Below, piece by piece: positions 54,987 through 63,474 of a stretch of DNA of 64,000 nt (position 1 is its first letter; every line of letters starts with the position of its first letter). The DNA is from Patescibacteria group bacterium. GTDB taxonomy: Bacteria; Patescibacteriota; Patescibacteriia; UBA1558; GWA2-36-10. Under the pieces are notes generated by a model, which searched no databases, was not told where the DNA came from, and saw only the letters and a program-made list of their open reading frames with translations. The DNA lies in contig JAHJQF010000001.1 in assembly GCA_018819405.1 (NCBI GenBank), positions 577,377 to 641,376 on the forward strand, given 5' to 3'. Both the position numbers and the translations under genes were made by a program.

Positions 54987-57900
54987 ATGAATGAGAATAA
55001 TATAGAAAATAAAAAAGACGAAGCAAAGAATAAATTTGCTCATCAAGCTATTATTAGAACTCGTAAGAGTTTTAAGGGTTATTTTATTACTCATTTTAGG
55101 GTAATAATTTTGATGATTTCGGCTATTGTGATTATGGGTGCTTTGGCTTTGGCAAGTATTCCTCGCGAATCAGATCCAGAAGTCAAAATTCCTATTGCAG
55201 TTGTGACAACTGTTTATCCCGGAGCCAGTCCAGCTGATGTGGAAAATCTAGTGACTGATGAGATAGAAAATAGACTGGAGGAACTAGATAATGTCAAACT
55301 TATTACTTCAGCTTCTAGAAATAGTATTTCCTCAATTACTGTAGAGTTTGAGGCCGAGGCAAATCTTGATGACAGTATCAGAGAGTTAAAAGATAAAGTA
55401 GGCGAAGTCACTGGTTTGCCAGGGGATGCGGAAGATCCAGTAGTGACCCAAATAAGAGCCAATGATTACCCTATCATTACATTTTCTCTTTCTGGTGATT
55501 TGACTGATAATCAGTTCAAACAATTGGGGGAAATAGTTCAAGATGAACTAGAGGGTATTTCTGGAGTTTCCAAAGTGCCTTTACTTGGTGTCAGAGACAA
55601 GGAATTTTCAGTCTTGGTTGATAAGACTGCTTTGTCCCGTTTGAATTTGTCTTTATCAACAATAGTTGGTGCAATCAGAGCTTCTAATCTGGATATGCCG
55701 CTGGGCAATATTGATATAGATGATTTGCATTATAATATCAGATCTGTTGGTAAATTGAATGATATTGATAATCTAAAAAACGTCGTTGTAGCCAACAACA
55801 ATGGTCAGATTGTGCTTTTGAAGGATATTGCACAGGTCAATGAACAATTTGTAGACCGTAGCAATATTTCTAGGATTTCTATTGCTGGTGAAACGACTCA
55901 AGAAAATATATCTTTGCAGATTTACAAAAAGACTGGTGGGAATATATTGGACATTGTTGATAGTGCCAAGGCCAAAGTAAATATGCTAAGTGATGAGAAA
56001 GTAATTCCTGACAATGTAAAAATAGAAATAAACAGTGACTATTCTTCTTTTATCCGTGATGATTTGCATACTTTGGGAAGCAGTGGAATACAGGCTACAA
56101 TTTTGATATTTATTATCATGTTTATAGCCTTGAGTTTTAAGGAAGCTATTATTGCCCTATTGGCTATTCCGCTCAGTCTTTTGATTACTATCATAGCTTT
56201 ATATTTTTCTGGTTATACCTTAAACAGTATGTCTCTTTATGCTCTGGTGTTGTCACTGGGACTTTTGGTGGACGCTTTTATAGTGGTACTTGAAGGAATA
56301 TTTCATAATATTCGCGAAGGTTATTCTTCCAAGGATGCCGCGCTTTTGTCAGTAGCTCACTATAGCGGTCCGGTGACATCGGGCATGCTTACTACTGTAG
56401 CGGCTTTTTTCCCTATGCTTCTGGTCAGTGGTATTTTGGGAGAATATTTAAAAATATTTCCAATTACAATTGGCATTACTTTGACGGCGTCTTTATTTGT
56501 ATCTTTGATTTTAGTGCCCTCTTTTGCTTCTATATTTTTGAAGAAAAGTCAGTTTGTAGGCACAGCCAAAGAAAGTATTTTGGAAAAATATGTCACCAAT
56601 AAACTCAGAAGACTTTATCGTAAAAATATTACTATTTTTTTGAGAAGCAAAAAATCAAAATTTAGGTTTTCTATAATTCTGACAATTTTGTTTGTAGCCT
56701 CTTTGGGACTTTTGGTAACCCAGACTATACCAGTACAGCTTTTCCCAAAGATGGATGCCGATTTTGCTTATGTTGATATAAAAATGCCGATTGGTACTAA
56801 TCTGGAAACAACTAGTCAGCTAGTTTCTCAAATAGAGGAAAAACTGTATAAATATCCAGAAATAAAAAACTTTGTCAGCACTATTGGTCAGTCATCTAGT
56901 ATTGGATCATTTGACCCAAGTAGGTCAAGTGAACATTTGGCCAATATTTCTATTGATTTTGTAGACAAAAAAGAAAGAAGCAAAAAAAGCTATGATATTG
57001 TAGATAGTATCAGAGAAGATATCAAGACAATCAATGAAGGTGATATAAGTATCACTGAATTGTCAGGTGGTCCACCAACTGGTTCTCCAATTGAAGCTAG
57101 AATAAGTGGAGAAGATTTGTTGGTACTTGATAGTATATCAAATAAGGTAAAAAATATTTTGGAAAATACCGAAGGCGTCATCAATGTCAGTAGTAATCAA
57201 GACCTATCACCGGCTGATTTGACTTTTACATTAAATAAAGAAACAGTAGCTAAATCAGGCTTGACCGTGGCTGATGTATCAAATTTACTCAGGACTGCTA
57301 TTTTCGGTGTGACTGCTACAGAAATTTCTCAAGACAATAATGATCTTGATGTAGTAGTAAAACTTGATAAAAATAAAATTGATTCAGTAGAGCAAATAAA
57401 AAATCTGTCACTAATAAACAATTATGGTCAGGAAGTAAAACTTTCTTATTTGGCTGATTTTTCACTGGAGCCGGCTTTGGCTACTATTCGTCATCGTGAT
57501 TTTGAAAGGACAATCAGTGTCAGTGCTGATTTGGCATCAGGATATACGGCGGCCAAAGTTGTGCCAGGGATAGAAGAATTAGTAGCTCAGGAAAATATAG
57601 CCCATGGCTACAGAGTAGATTTTGGAGGAGAAGTAGAGGATATCCAACAGTCATTTACTGAATTATGGAATGCCATGATTGTGGCGGTAATACTAATTTT
57701 GATTATTTTGGTCTTAGAATTTGATTCATTTATACGCACTGGTATCATACTAATGTCACTGCCTTTGATGCTGATTGGTGTGGTAGTCGGTATGGGTATA
57801 TTTGGTCTGCCATTTAGCTTTATGGTATTTTTGGGACTGGTGTCACTAGCTGGTATTGGAGTCAATGATGCAATAGTGCTAATGGATAAGACCAAAAGAA

Positions 57901-58184
57901 ATATTGAAGAAAAAAATATGACGCCACTTGAAGCAGTGGCTGATGCTGGGGATACAAGACTTCAACCTATTTTGTTGACTACCATTACTACTATTATGGG
58001 TGTAATACCCTTGGCCTTTGCCAATGAATTTTGGGTAGGACTGTCTATTTCTATAATTTTTGGTTTGGCTTTTGCTACTGTCATACAGCTATTTGTCATA
58101 CCAATGCTTTTTGTCAGATTTGAAGGCAAGAAAAAAAATAAGAAAGACAAGGCAGATATTCCTGAAGTACAATATTCTAAATAA
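54987..58184 (+). CDS. RND (HAE family, AcrB-like) efflux transporter permease
   Basis: 1065 aa; 12-TM pattern with two large periplasmic loops. LVDDAIVV-type motif at VDAFIVVLEGI, conserved GLAFATVIQLFVIPMLF C-terminus. Confidence 0.85.
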   Translation: MNENNIENKKDEAKNKFAHQAIIRTRKSFKGYFITHFRVIILMISAIVIMGALALASIPRESDPEVKIPIAVVTTVYPGASPADVENLVTDEIENRLEELDNVKLITSASRNSISSITVEFEAEANLDDSIRELKDKVGEVTGLPGDAEDPVVTQIRANDYPIITFSLSGDLTDNQFKQLGEIVQDELEGISGVSKVPLLGVRDKEFSVLVDKTALSRLNLSLSTIVGAIRASNLDMPLGNIDIDDLHYNIRSVGKLNDIDNLKNVVVANNNGQIVLLKDIAQVNEQFVDRSNISRISIAGETTQENISLQIYKKTGGNILDIVDSAKAKVNMLSDEKVIPDNVKIEINSDYSSFIRDDLHTLGSSGIQATILIFIIMFIALSFKEAIIALLAIPLSLLITIIALYFSGYTLNSMSLYALVLSLGLLVDAFIVVLEGIFHNIREGYSSKDAALLSVAHYSGPVTSGMLTTVAAFFPMLLVSGILGEYLKIFPITIGITLTASLFVSLILVPSFASIFLKKSQFVGTAKESILEKYVTNKLRRLYRKNITIFLRSKKSKFRFSIILTILFVASLGLLVTQTIPVQLFPKMDADFAYVDIKMPIGTNLETTSQLVSQIEEKLYKYPEIKNFVSTIGQSSSIGSFDPSRSSEHLANISIDFVDKKERSKKSYDIVDSIREDIKTINEGDISITELSGGPPTGSPIEARISGEDLLVLDSISNKVKNILENTEGVINVSSNQDLSPADLTFTLNKETVAKSGLTVADVSNLLRTAIFGVTATEISQDNNDLDVVVKLDKNKIDSVEQIKNLSLINNYGQEVKLSYLADFSLEPALATIRHRDFERTISVSADLASGYTAAKVVPGIEELVAQENIAHGYRVDFGGEVEDIQQSFTELWNAMIVAVILILIILVLEFDSFIRTGIILMSLPLMLIGVVVGMGIFGLPFSFMVFLGLVSLAGIGVNDAIVLMDKTKRNIEEKNMTPLEAVADAGDTRLQPILLTTITTIMGVIPLAFANEFWVGLSISIIFGLAFATVIQLFVIPMLFVRFEGKKKNKKDKADIPEVQYSK

Positions 58185-58221
58185 AAAAGAAAAGCCGCCC
58201 CAGTATTATGCCGGGGCGGCA
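58184..58221 (-). terminator. intrinsic terminator for the minus-strand GC-rich membrane gene
   Basis: GCCGCCCCAGTATTATGCCGGGGCGGC with a T-tract on the minus strand (plus-strand AAAAAGAAAA). Confidence 0.6.
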
Positions 58222-58261
58222 GGTGAGCAGTTGTGACTTGCTCAGGTCTGATGCCGGAGGA

Positions 58262-58864
58262 CTAACCTCTGGTTTTTTGGTTGAAGCGTAGTCTGGTTAC
58301 AGCTATCGCTATAGTACCCTGTAGCAGGATCAGCCAGATGCCGGTGATCAGGTGCCCGTCGAGCAGGCTGCAAAAAGTAGCAGTGACGGCCAATGCCCAG
58401 GCCAAGAGGTCTTCTTGTTTTTTTTCCACAAGGACCTTTTTGAGGATGGGTAAGGAGGCAGCACTGATACCCGCCAAGGCGCAAGCAGTAGCAGCCAGAG
58501 GGCCGACAGACAAGTAGAGGGCAATAGATATGCCCACAAATATACTGCAGCCTGTTTCCAGCTTTGACCAAGTGGCGTATCCGTATTTCAGGGTGAAAAG
58601 GGCTACAGCCAGTGTGCCAATATTATACTCAATCATCATCGGGTCAAGGATGCCATTACTGAGCTGGCTGCCCAGAATGACAACGTCGAGCGCCATGTAT
58701 AGAAACCAAGACGAGCGAGGAGGCGGTGGCAGTGTACCCTTGACCATGGCCACGATAAAGCGCAAATGCACTATCGCGGAAAAGACAAAGGATAGTAGGC
58801 CAAAGAGCCTTACTTCGATAGGATAGCCCCGAAGGGCCGTGTCTATCACGACAGGATTCCACAT
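58262..58864 (-). CDS. GC-rich foreign-looking integral membrane protein (about 5 TM), hypothetical
   Basis: Canonical SD GGAGGG 8 nt upstream. GC-rich with overlapping spurious ORFs on both strands. A TTGACA-18-TATATT promoter lies at plus 58914-58942 on the minus strand. Confidence 0.5.
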   Translation of the reverse strand: MWNPVVIDTALRGYPIEVRLFGLLSFVFSAIVHLRFIVAMVKGTLPPPPRSSWFLYMALDVVILGSQLSNGILDPMMIEYNIGTLAVALFTLKYGYATWSKLETGCSIFVGISIALYLSVGPLAATACALAGISAASLPILKKVLVEKKQEDLLAWALAVTATFCSLLDGHLITGIWLILLQGTIAIAVTRLRFNQKTRG

Positions 58865-59012
58865 ATTGTAGACCCTCCAGGGTTTGGGTGTTGTCAGTGA
58901 ACTTTAACTTTGTAATATACAATATATTGTCTATTTTGTCAATATTATATAATTAATACCTTGTAAAATCTTTGTATTTTAGCTATTATTTAATAAGCTA
59001 ATTTTTTTATTT

Positions 59013-60302
59013 ATGGAAAAAGTATTTATAAATGATTTATCACAATATGTTGATAAACAGGTAGAAATAAATGCCTGGGTAGCCAATTTTCGCTCATCAG
59101 GCAAGATTTCTTTTTGGCAATTGAGAGATGGTTCGGGTTATACTCAGGCTATACTCAATCAGGCTGATTTTTCTGAGGACAAATGGGTGGAATCTCAAAA
59201 AGTAACTCTGGAAACGTCAGTCAAAATAATGGGCGTTGTAGCCAAACATCCCAAAAAAGAAGAGTATGAACTGCATGTCAAAGATTTTGATTTTTATCAA
59301 ATTGCCCAGGATTATCCAATATCAAACAAAGAACATGGGCCAGAATTTTTGATGGACAATAGGCACTTGTGGCTTCGCTCTTCCAAGCAGTGGGCTATCC
59401 AGAGAGTGAGAAATACTCTGATTCAGGCGACATATCAATACATGAAAAATAATAATTTTATCAAGATTGATTCGCCGATTCTTACACCAAATGCCTGCGA
59501 AGGAACAACTGAGCTTTTTGAAATGGATTATTTTGATACCAAAGCTTATCTTTCTCAATCTGGTCAACTATATTTGGAGTCAGCTATTTTTGCTCACAAT
59601 AGAGTCTATGATTTTGGTCCGGTATTTCGAGCAGAAAAATCCAAAACCAGACGTCATTTGACAGAATTTTGGATGATGGACGCTGAAATGGCTTTTGTAA
59701 ATCTTGATGACAATTTAAAAATTCAGGAAGATTTGATTCGTTTTATGGTGCAAGCAGTTTTGAAAAACAACCAAGCTGATTTGCAGATACTGGAGAGAGA
59801 CATCAAACCGCTGGAAAATATTAGCAAGCCATTTCATAGAATCACACACAGCGAAGCTATCAAAAAATTGCAAGCTATGGGAAGTGATATCAAAGATGGC
59901 GAGGATTTGGGAGCTGATGATGAAACAATGCTGACCAAAGAATTTGACAATCCAATATTTGTGACCAATTATCCGGCCAAGATAAAGGCTTTTTATATGA
60001 AGAGAAATGCTAAAGATGATAGCCTGGCCGAATGTGCTGATTTGCTTGCTCCAGAAGGATACGGAGAAATAATTGGTGGTAGTCAGCGTGAAGATGATTA
60101 TGATGAGCTCCTAAAGAGAATAAAAGAGCATCATTTGCCAGTTGAAGAATTTCAGTGGTATTTGGATTTAAGAAAATACGGTAGCGTACCACATGGTGGT
60201 TTTGGTTTTGGTTTGGAGAGGATTGTAGCTTGGGTAAGTGGTATCCAGCATGTCAGAGAAACCATACCATTTCCAAGGACGATTTATAGGCTCAGGCCAT
60301 AA
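59013..60302 (+). CDS. asnS: asparagine--tRNA ligase
   Basis: Class II motifs FRAEKSKTRRHLTEFWMMDAEMAF (motif 2) and GGFGFGLERIVAWVSG (motif 3). N-terminal OB fold. 429 aa. Confidence 0.85.
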   Translation: MEKVFINDLSQYVDKQVEINAWVANFRSSGKISFWQLRDGSGYTQAILNQADFSEDKWVESQKVTLETSVKIMGVVAKHPKKEEYELHVKDFDFYQIAQDYPISNKEHGPEFLMDNRHLWLRSSKQWAIQRVRNTLIQATYQYMKNNNFIKIDSPILTPNACEGTTELFEMDYFDTKAYLSQSGQLYLESAIFAHNRVYDFGPVFRAEKSKTRRHLTEFWMMDAEMAFVNLDDNLKIQEDLIRFMVQAVLKNNQADLQILERDIKPLENISKPFHRITHSEAIKKLQAMGSDIKDGEDLGADDETMLTKEFDNPIFVTNYPAKIKAFYMKRNAKDDSLAECADLLAPEGYGEIIGGSQREDDYDELLKRIKEHHLPVEEFQWYLDLRKYGSVPHGGFGFGLERIVAWVSGIQHVRETIPFPRTIYRLRP

Positions 60303-60311
60303 TCGGCTTTT

Positions 60312-60387
60312 GCCGAGATAGCTCAGTTGGTAGAGCAGCGGTATCGTAAACCGCGGGTCGCAGGTTCGACTCCTGTTCTCGGCTCCA
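60312..60387 (+). tRNA. tRNA-Thr (anticodon CGT), CCA encoded
   Basis: Acceptor GCCGAGA/TCTCGGC, D-arm GCTC-AGTTGGTA-GAGC, anticodon stem GCGGT/ACCGC with loop ATCGTAA, T-arm GCAGG-TTCGACT-CCTGT. Confidence 0.8.
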
Positions 60388-60414
60388 TTATTTTTTAAAT
60401 AAGTAAATAAAAAT

Positions 60415-61830
60415 ATGCAAAGAAGCAAAACTATTGAAACAGTTGGAAAAATAGGTGAAAATGTCCAGCTCTTTGGTTGGGTCAATGTCCGCCGTAATAT
60501 GGGTAAAATTGTCTTTCTTGATTTGCGAGATCGTTGGGGCATACTACAAGTAGTAGTTGTACCATCTGAGCTAGATAAAGACTCTGAAGAAATTTTGGCT
60601 AATATTAGACCTGAATATGTTTTATCTATTCAAGGTTTGGTTCAAAGTAGAGGAGCTAAACAGATTAATAAAGATTTGCCAACTGGTATGGTGGAAGTTT
60701 TGGCCAAAAAGATAAATATATTGTCCAGTGCCGAGACACCGCCTTTTGAAATAGACAATGAAGAACGTCAGGCCAATGAAGAATTGAGACTCAAATATAG
60801 ATATCTTGATTTGAGACACGAGCGCATGAAAAAAAATATCTTAGTCAGAGACAAGGTTTTTGCCTATTTACGTAATTATTTGCATGACAATGATTTTATT
60901 GAAATTCAGACTCCTATACTTTCCAAATCAACTCCGGAAGGAGCTAGAGATTATTTAGTACCGAGTCGTTTGCATAAGGGCAAATTTTTTGCTTTGCCAC
61001 AAGCCCCACAGCAATACAAGCAGCTACTCATGGTGGCTGGTATGGAAAAATATTTTCAGATTGCTCCATGTTTTCGTGATGAAGATGCCAGAGCTGATAG
61101 AAGCCCAGGTGAATTTTATCAACTAGATATGGAAATGTCTTTTGTCAAACAAGAAGATATTCTTAATCTGGTAGAGAGTATGTTTACTGCCATGGTAGAG
61201 GAGATATTTCCAGAAAAGAAAATGACTTTTAGTCCTTGGCCACGATTAAACTACAGTGAAGTAATGGAAAAATATGGCTCTGATAAGCCAGATTTGAGAA
61301 AAGACAAAAATGATCCAAATGAATTGGCTTTTGCCTGGGTAGTAAATTTTCCACTATTTATGCCACAGACTGATGAAGACAGATTTGTCGGCGCCGGGGA
61401 CACTTGGGGCCCGGCTCACAATATGTTTACAGCACCCAAAGAAGAAGATGTTGCTTTGCTAGATTCTGATCCAGGCAAAGTCAGATCATACCAACATGAT
61501 TTGGTACTCAACGGTTTTGAAGTAGGTGGGGGAGCAGTTCGTATTCATGATATGAAAATTCAGGAAAAAGTCTGGGATTTGATTGGTTTTACAGATAAAC
61601 AAAAAGAACAATTTAGACACTATTTTGAAGCATTCAAATATGGTGTCCCACCACATGGTGGTATTGCGCCTGGTTTGGAAAGACTTTTGATGGTACTCTT
61701 GGGTGAAAAAAACCTCAAAGAAGTAACAGCCTTTCCTTTGACTTCAGATGGGCGGGATCCGATGATGGAGTCTCCATCAGAAGTAGACAAGTCTCAACTT
61801 GATGAACTTGGTCTAGAATTGAAGAGATAA
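60415..61830 (+). CDS. aspS: aspartate--tRNA ligase, short form lacking the GAD insertion
   Basis: LRLKYRYLDLR, motif 2 FRDEDARADRSPGEFYQLDMEMSF, motif 3 GGIAPGLERLLMVLLG. 471 aa. Confidence 0.85.
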   Translation: MQRSKTIETVGKIGENVQLFGWVNVRRNMGKIVFLDLRDRWGILQVVVVPSELDKDSEEILANIRPEYVLSIQGLVQSRGAKQINKDLPTGMVEVLAKKINILSSAETPPFEIDNEERQANEELRLKYRYLDLRHERMKKNILVRDKVFAYLRNYLHDNDFIEIQTPILSKSTPEGARDYLVPSRLHKGKFFALPQAPQQYKQLLMVAGMEKYFQIAPCFRDEDARADRSPGEFYQLDMEMSFVKQEDILNLVESMFTAMVEEIFPEKKMTFSPWPRLNYSEVMEKYGSDKPDLRKDKNDPNELAFAWVVNFPLFMPQTDEDRFVGAGDTWGPAHNMFTAPKEEDVALLDSDPGKVRSYQHDLVLNGFEVGGGAVRIHDMKIQEKVWDLIGFTDKQKEQFRHYFEAFKYGVPPHGGIAPGLERLLMVLLGEKNLKEVTAFPLTSDGRDPMMESPSEVDKSQLDELGLELKR

Positions 61831-61873
61831 TTTTAAAATATAGATAAAATTAATATATTGTCCTCAACTCGTA

Positions 61874-61949
61874 AGTCCCCGCCAAAGAGCTATGCCTCAG
61901 CAATCTACCAGACTGGAGAGCTCTTTGGCGGGGACTCTTTCTTTTTTTT
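61874..61949 (+). terminator. intrinsic terminator of aspS (18-bp stem, large loop, T-tract)
   Basis: AGTCCCCGCCAAAGAGCT...AGCTCTTTGGCGGGGACT followed by CTTTCTTTTTTTT. Confidence 0.7.
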
Positions 61950-61976
61950 GACAAAATCAATTTTTTATATTATAAT
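61948..61976 (+). promoter_or_regulatory. perfect consensus sigma70-type promoter (TTGACA-17-TATAAT) driving a non-coding GC-rich segment
   Basis: TTGACA at 61948-61953, a 17-nt spacer, then TATAAT at 61971-61976. Confidence 0.6.
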
Positions 61977-61983
61977 TCTCAAG

Positions 61984-62149
61984 AATTCAGTTCCTATTCA
62001 TTTCATCGCATCATGCTGCAGAGTTGGATCCCCAGCTCCAATCCTGACGGCATGGCCGTCGTACTAGAAGCGTGCTCCACAAGAGTATTTCGAGACGCCT
62101 CTTACGATGGCACCCAGGGGTTCGGCAATCGTCGAACCCCTCTTTTTTT
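61984..62149 (+). ncRNA. candidate small RNA (about 165 nt, GC-rich, structured) of unknown family
   Basis: Bounded by the consensus promoter and an intrinsic terminator AGGGGTTCG-GCAAT-CGTCGAACCCCT-CTTTTTTT (62115-62149). No plausible ORF: the only long frame runs through the terminator stem and lacks an SD. Internal hairpins GACGGC-ATG-GCCGTC and GCGTGCTC...GAGACGC. Confidence 0.45.
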
Positions 62150-62213
62150 GTTGAAAATAAAAACTAAAAATGTTATAATATTTGTGAAATTCTTAATTTT
62201 TTTATTATAGCCA

Positions 62214-62918
62214 ATGCATAAAATTCAGCTTGAACAATTTGAAGGGCCGCTTGATCTCCTGCTAAAACTAATAGAAAAAAATAAGTTACAAATCACAGAA
62301 ATTTCTTTAGCTAAGCTTACTGATCAATATCTCTCATATATAGAAAATACTGACAACTTGGCTTCCACTGAAGTGGCCGATTTTTTGTTGATTGCTTCTA
62401 AACTTATTTATCTAAAATCAAAATATCTTTTACCTGATCTTGATGTAGAAGATGAGCAGGGTGCTGGTGATCTGGAAAAACAACTCAAAATATATCGTCA
62501 GTATTATGAAGCCAGCTTGGCTATCAATAAAATGTTTTTGAGTAAAAAGAAATTTGCTTATCATCGTATGGCTAGCTACAAACTGCCTCAAGACCAAGGA
62601 TTTTCACCACCACAAAATGCTGATCCATATTCTATGAAAGAGGTTTTTTTATTGGTTTTATCCAAAATTGAAAGAGTGGTCAACTTGCCCAAGATGGTTA
62701 TTGCTAGGGCTATTTCTATAGGAGAAAAAATATCACATATTCAGGAGATGATAAAAAGTAATACCAAATTTAATTTTAAAAAGCTTTTGCAAAAAAACGA
62801 TAAGACAGAGATTGTAGTCAGTTTTTTGGCGCTTCTTGAATTGGTAAAAAGAAAAGAAATTAATGTAGATCAAGAGGCTCTTTTTGGTGATTTAAATATT
62901 TCAAAAAACAATAAATAA
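62214..62918 (+). CDS. scpA: segregation and condensation protein A (kleisin ScpA)
   Basis: N-terminal LEQFEGPLDLLLKLIEKNKLQITEISLAKLTDQYL kleisin motif. Followed by scpB. Confidence 0.85.
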   Translation: MHKIQLEQFEGPLDLLLKLIEKNKLQITEISLAKLTDQYLSYIENTDNLASTEVADFLLIASKLIYLKSKYLLPDLDVEDEQGAGDLEKQLKIYRQYYEASLAINKMFLSKKKFAYHRMASYKLPQDQGFSPPQNADPYSMKEVFLLVLSKIERVVNLPKMVIARAISIGEKISHIQEMIKSNTKFNFKKLLQKNDKTEIVVSFLALLELVKRKEINVDQEALFGDLNISKNNK

Positions 62919-62919
62919 T

Positions 62920-63474
62920 ATGGAAAAAAATAAACTATCAGAACTCGAAAGTTTACTTTTTGCATCAGGCAAGGCAATGACTTTCAAAGAGTTAGAAAAT
63001 TTTTTATCCGCCAAAACCGGAGAACTGGAGGAGATGCTAGAATCTCTAAAGCAAAAATTCAATAATGACGAGAGTGGATTACACATCAATATAAATAACA
63101 AAAAAGCCCAATTTGTTTCTAATCCGAAAAATGTCACCACTTTGCGTAAATATTTTAATGATGAATTAAGCGGTGAGCTAAGCAAGCCATCTCTGGAGAC
63201 GCTGACTATCATTGCTTATCGTCAGCCTATTTCCAAAGAAGAATTGGAACAAATAAGAGGAGTCAACTGTTCTTTAATTTTGAGGAATTTACTCATCAGG
63301 GGTTTGGTGGAAGAAAGTACTCAAAAGGGTGATTTATCAGCCAAATATTCAGTTACCATGGATTTTTTGCGTCATTTGGGTATCAACTCGGTCCAGGAAT
63401 TACCTGATTATGAAAAATTAAATAGTGACGATAATTTACAAAAATTACTTGAAGATGGAACAGAAGAAAATTAG
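62920..63474 (+). CDS. scpB: segregation and condensation protein B (ScpB)
   Basis: LESLLFASGKAMTFKEL and TLTIIAYRQPISKEELEQIRGV winged-helix repeats. Confidence 0.85.
   Translation: MEKNKLSELESLLFASGKAMTFKELENFLSAKTGELEEMLESLKQKFNNDESGLHININNKKAQFVSNPKNVTTLRKYFNDELSGELSKPSLETLTIIAYRQPISKEELEQIRGVNCSLILRNLLIRGLVEESTQKGDLSAKYSVTMDFLRHLGINSVQELPDYEKLNSDDNLQKLLEDGTEEN

Noticed and set aside
58281-58922. ORFs 58242..58571-, 58281..58517+, 58348..58539-, 58530..58826+, 58656..58922- around islet E
   Set aside because: Overlapping GC-rich frames. Only 58262..58864 (minus) has an SD, promoter and terminator in the right places.
61983-62030. EcoRI/PstI/BamHI cluster as evidence of a cloning-vector remnant
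   Set aside because: Not adopted as the primary interpretation. No vector backbone features (lacZ alpha, M13 primer sites) flank it, and six-cutter sites are expected at elevated frequency in GC-rich inserts. Kept only as a caution to run UniVec.
21341-62149. Integron-like cassette array as explanation for the GC-rich islets
   Set aside because: Islets are dispersed 8-12 kb apart at operon boundaries, not arrayed. No intI, attI or attC-like imperfect inverted repeats with GTTRRRY cores. Several have their own promoters.
61858-62210. ORFs 61858..62067 and 62013..62210 in the GC-rich segment after aspS
   Set aside because: Both read straight through terminator stems, have no SD or start context, and switch abruptly to AT-rich tails. 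Better explained as a non-coding transcript.
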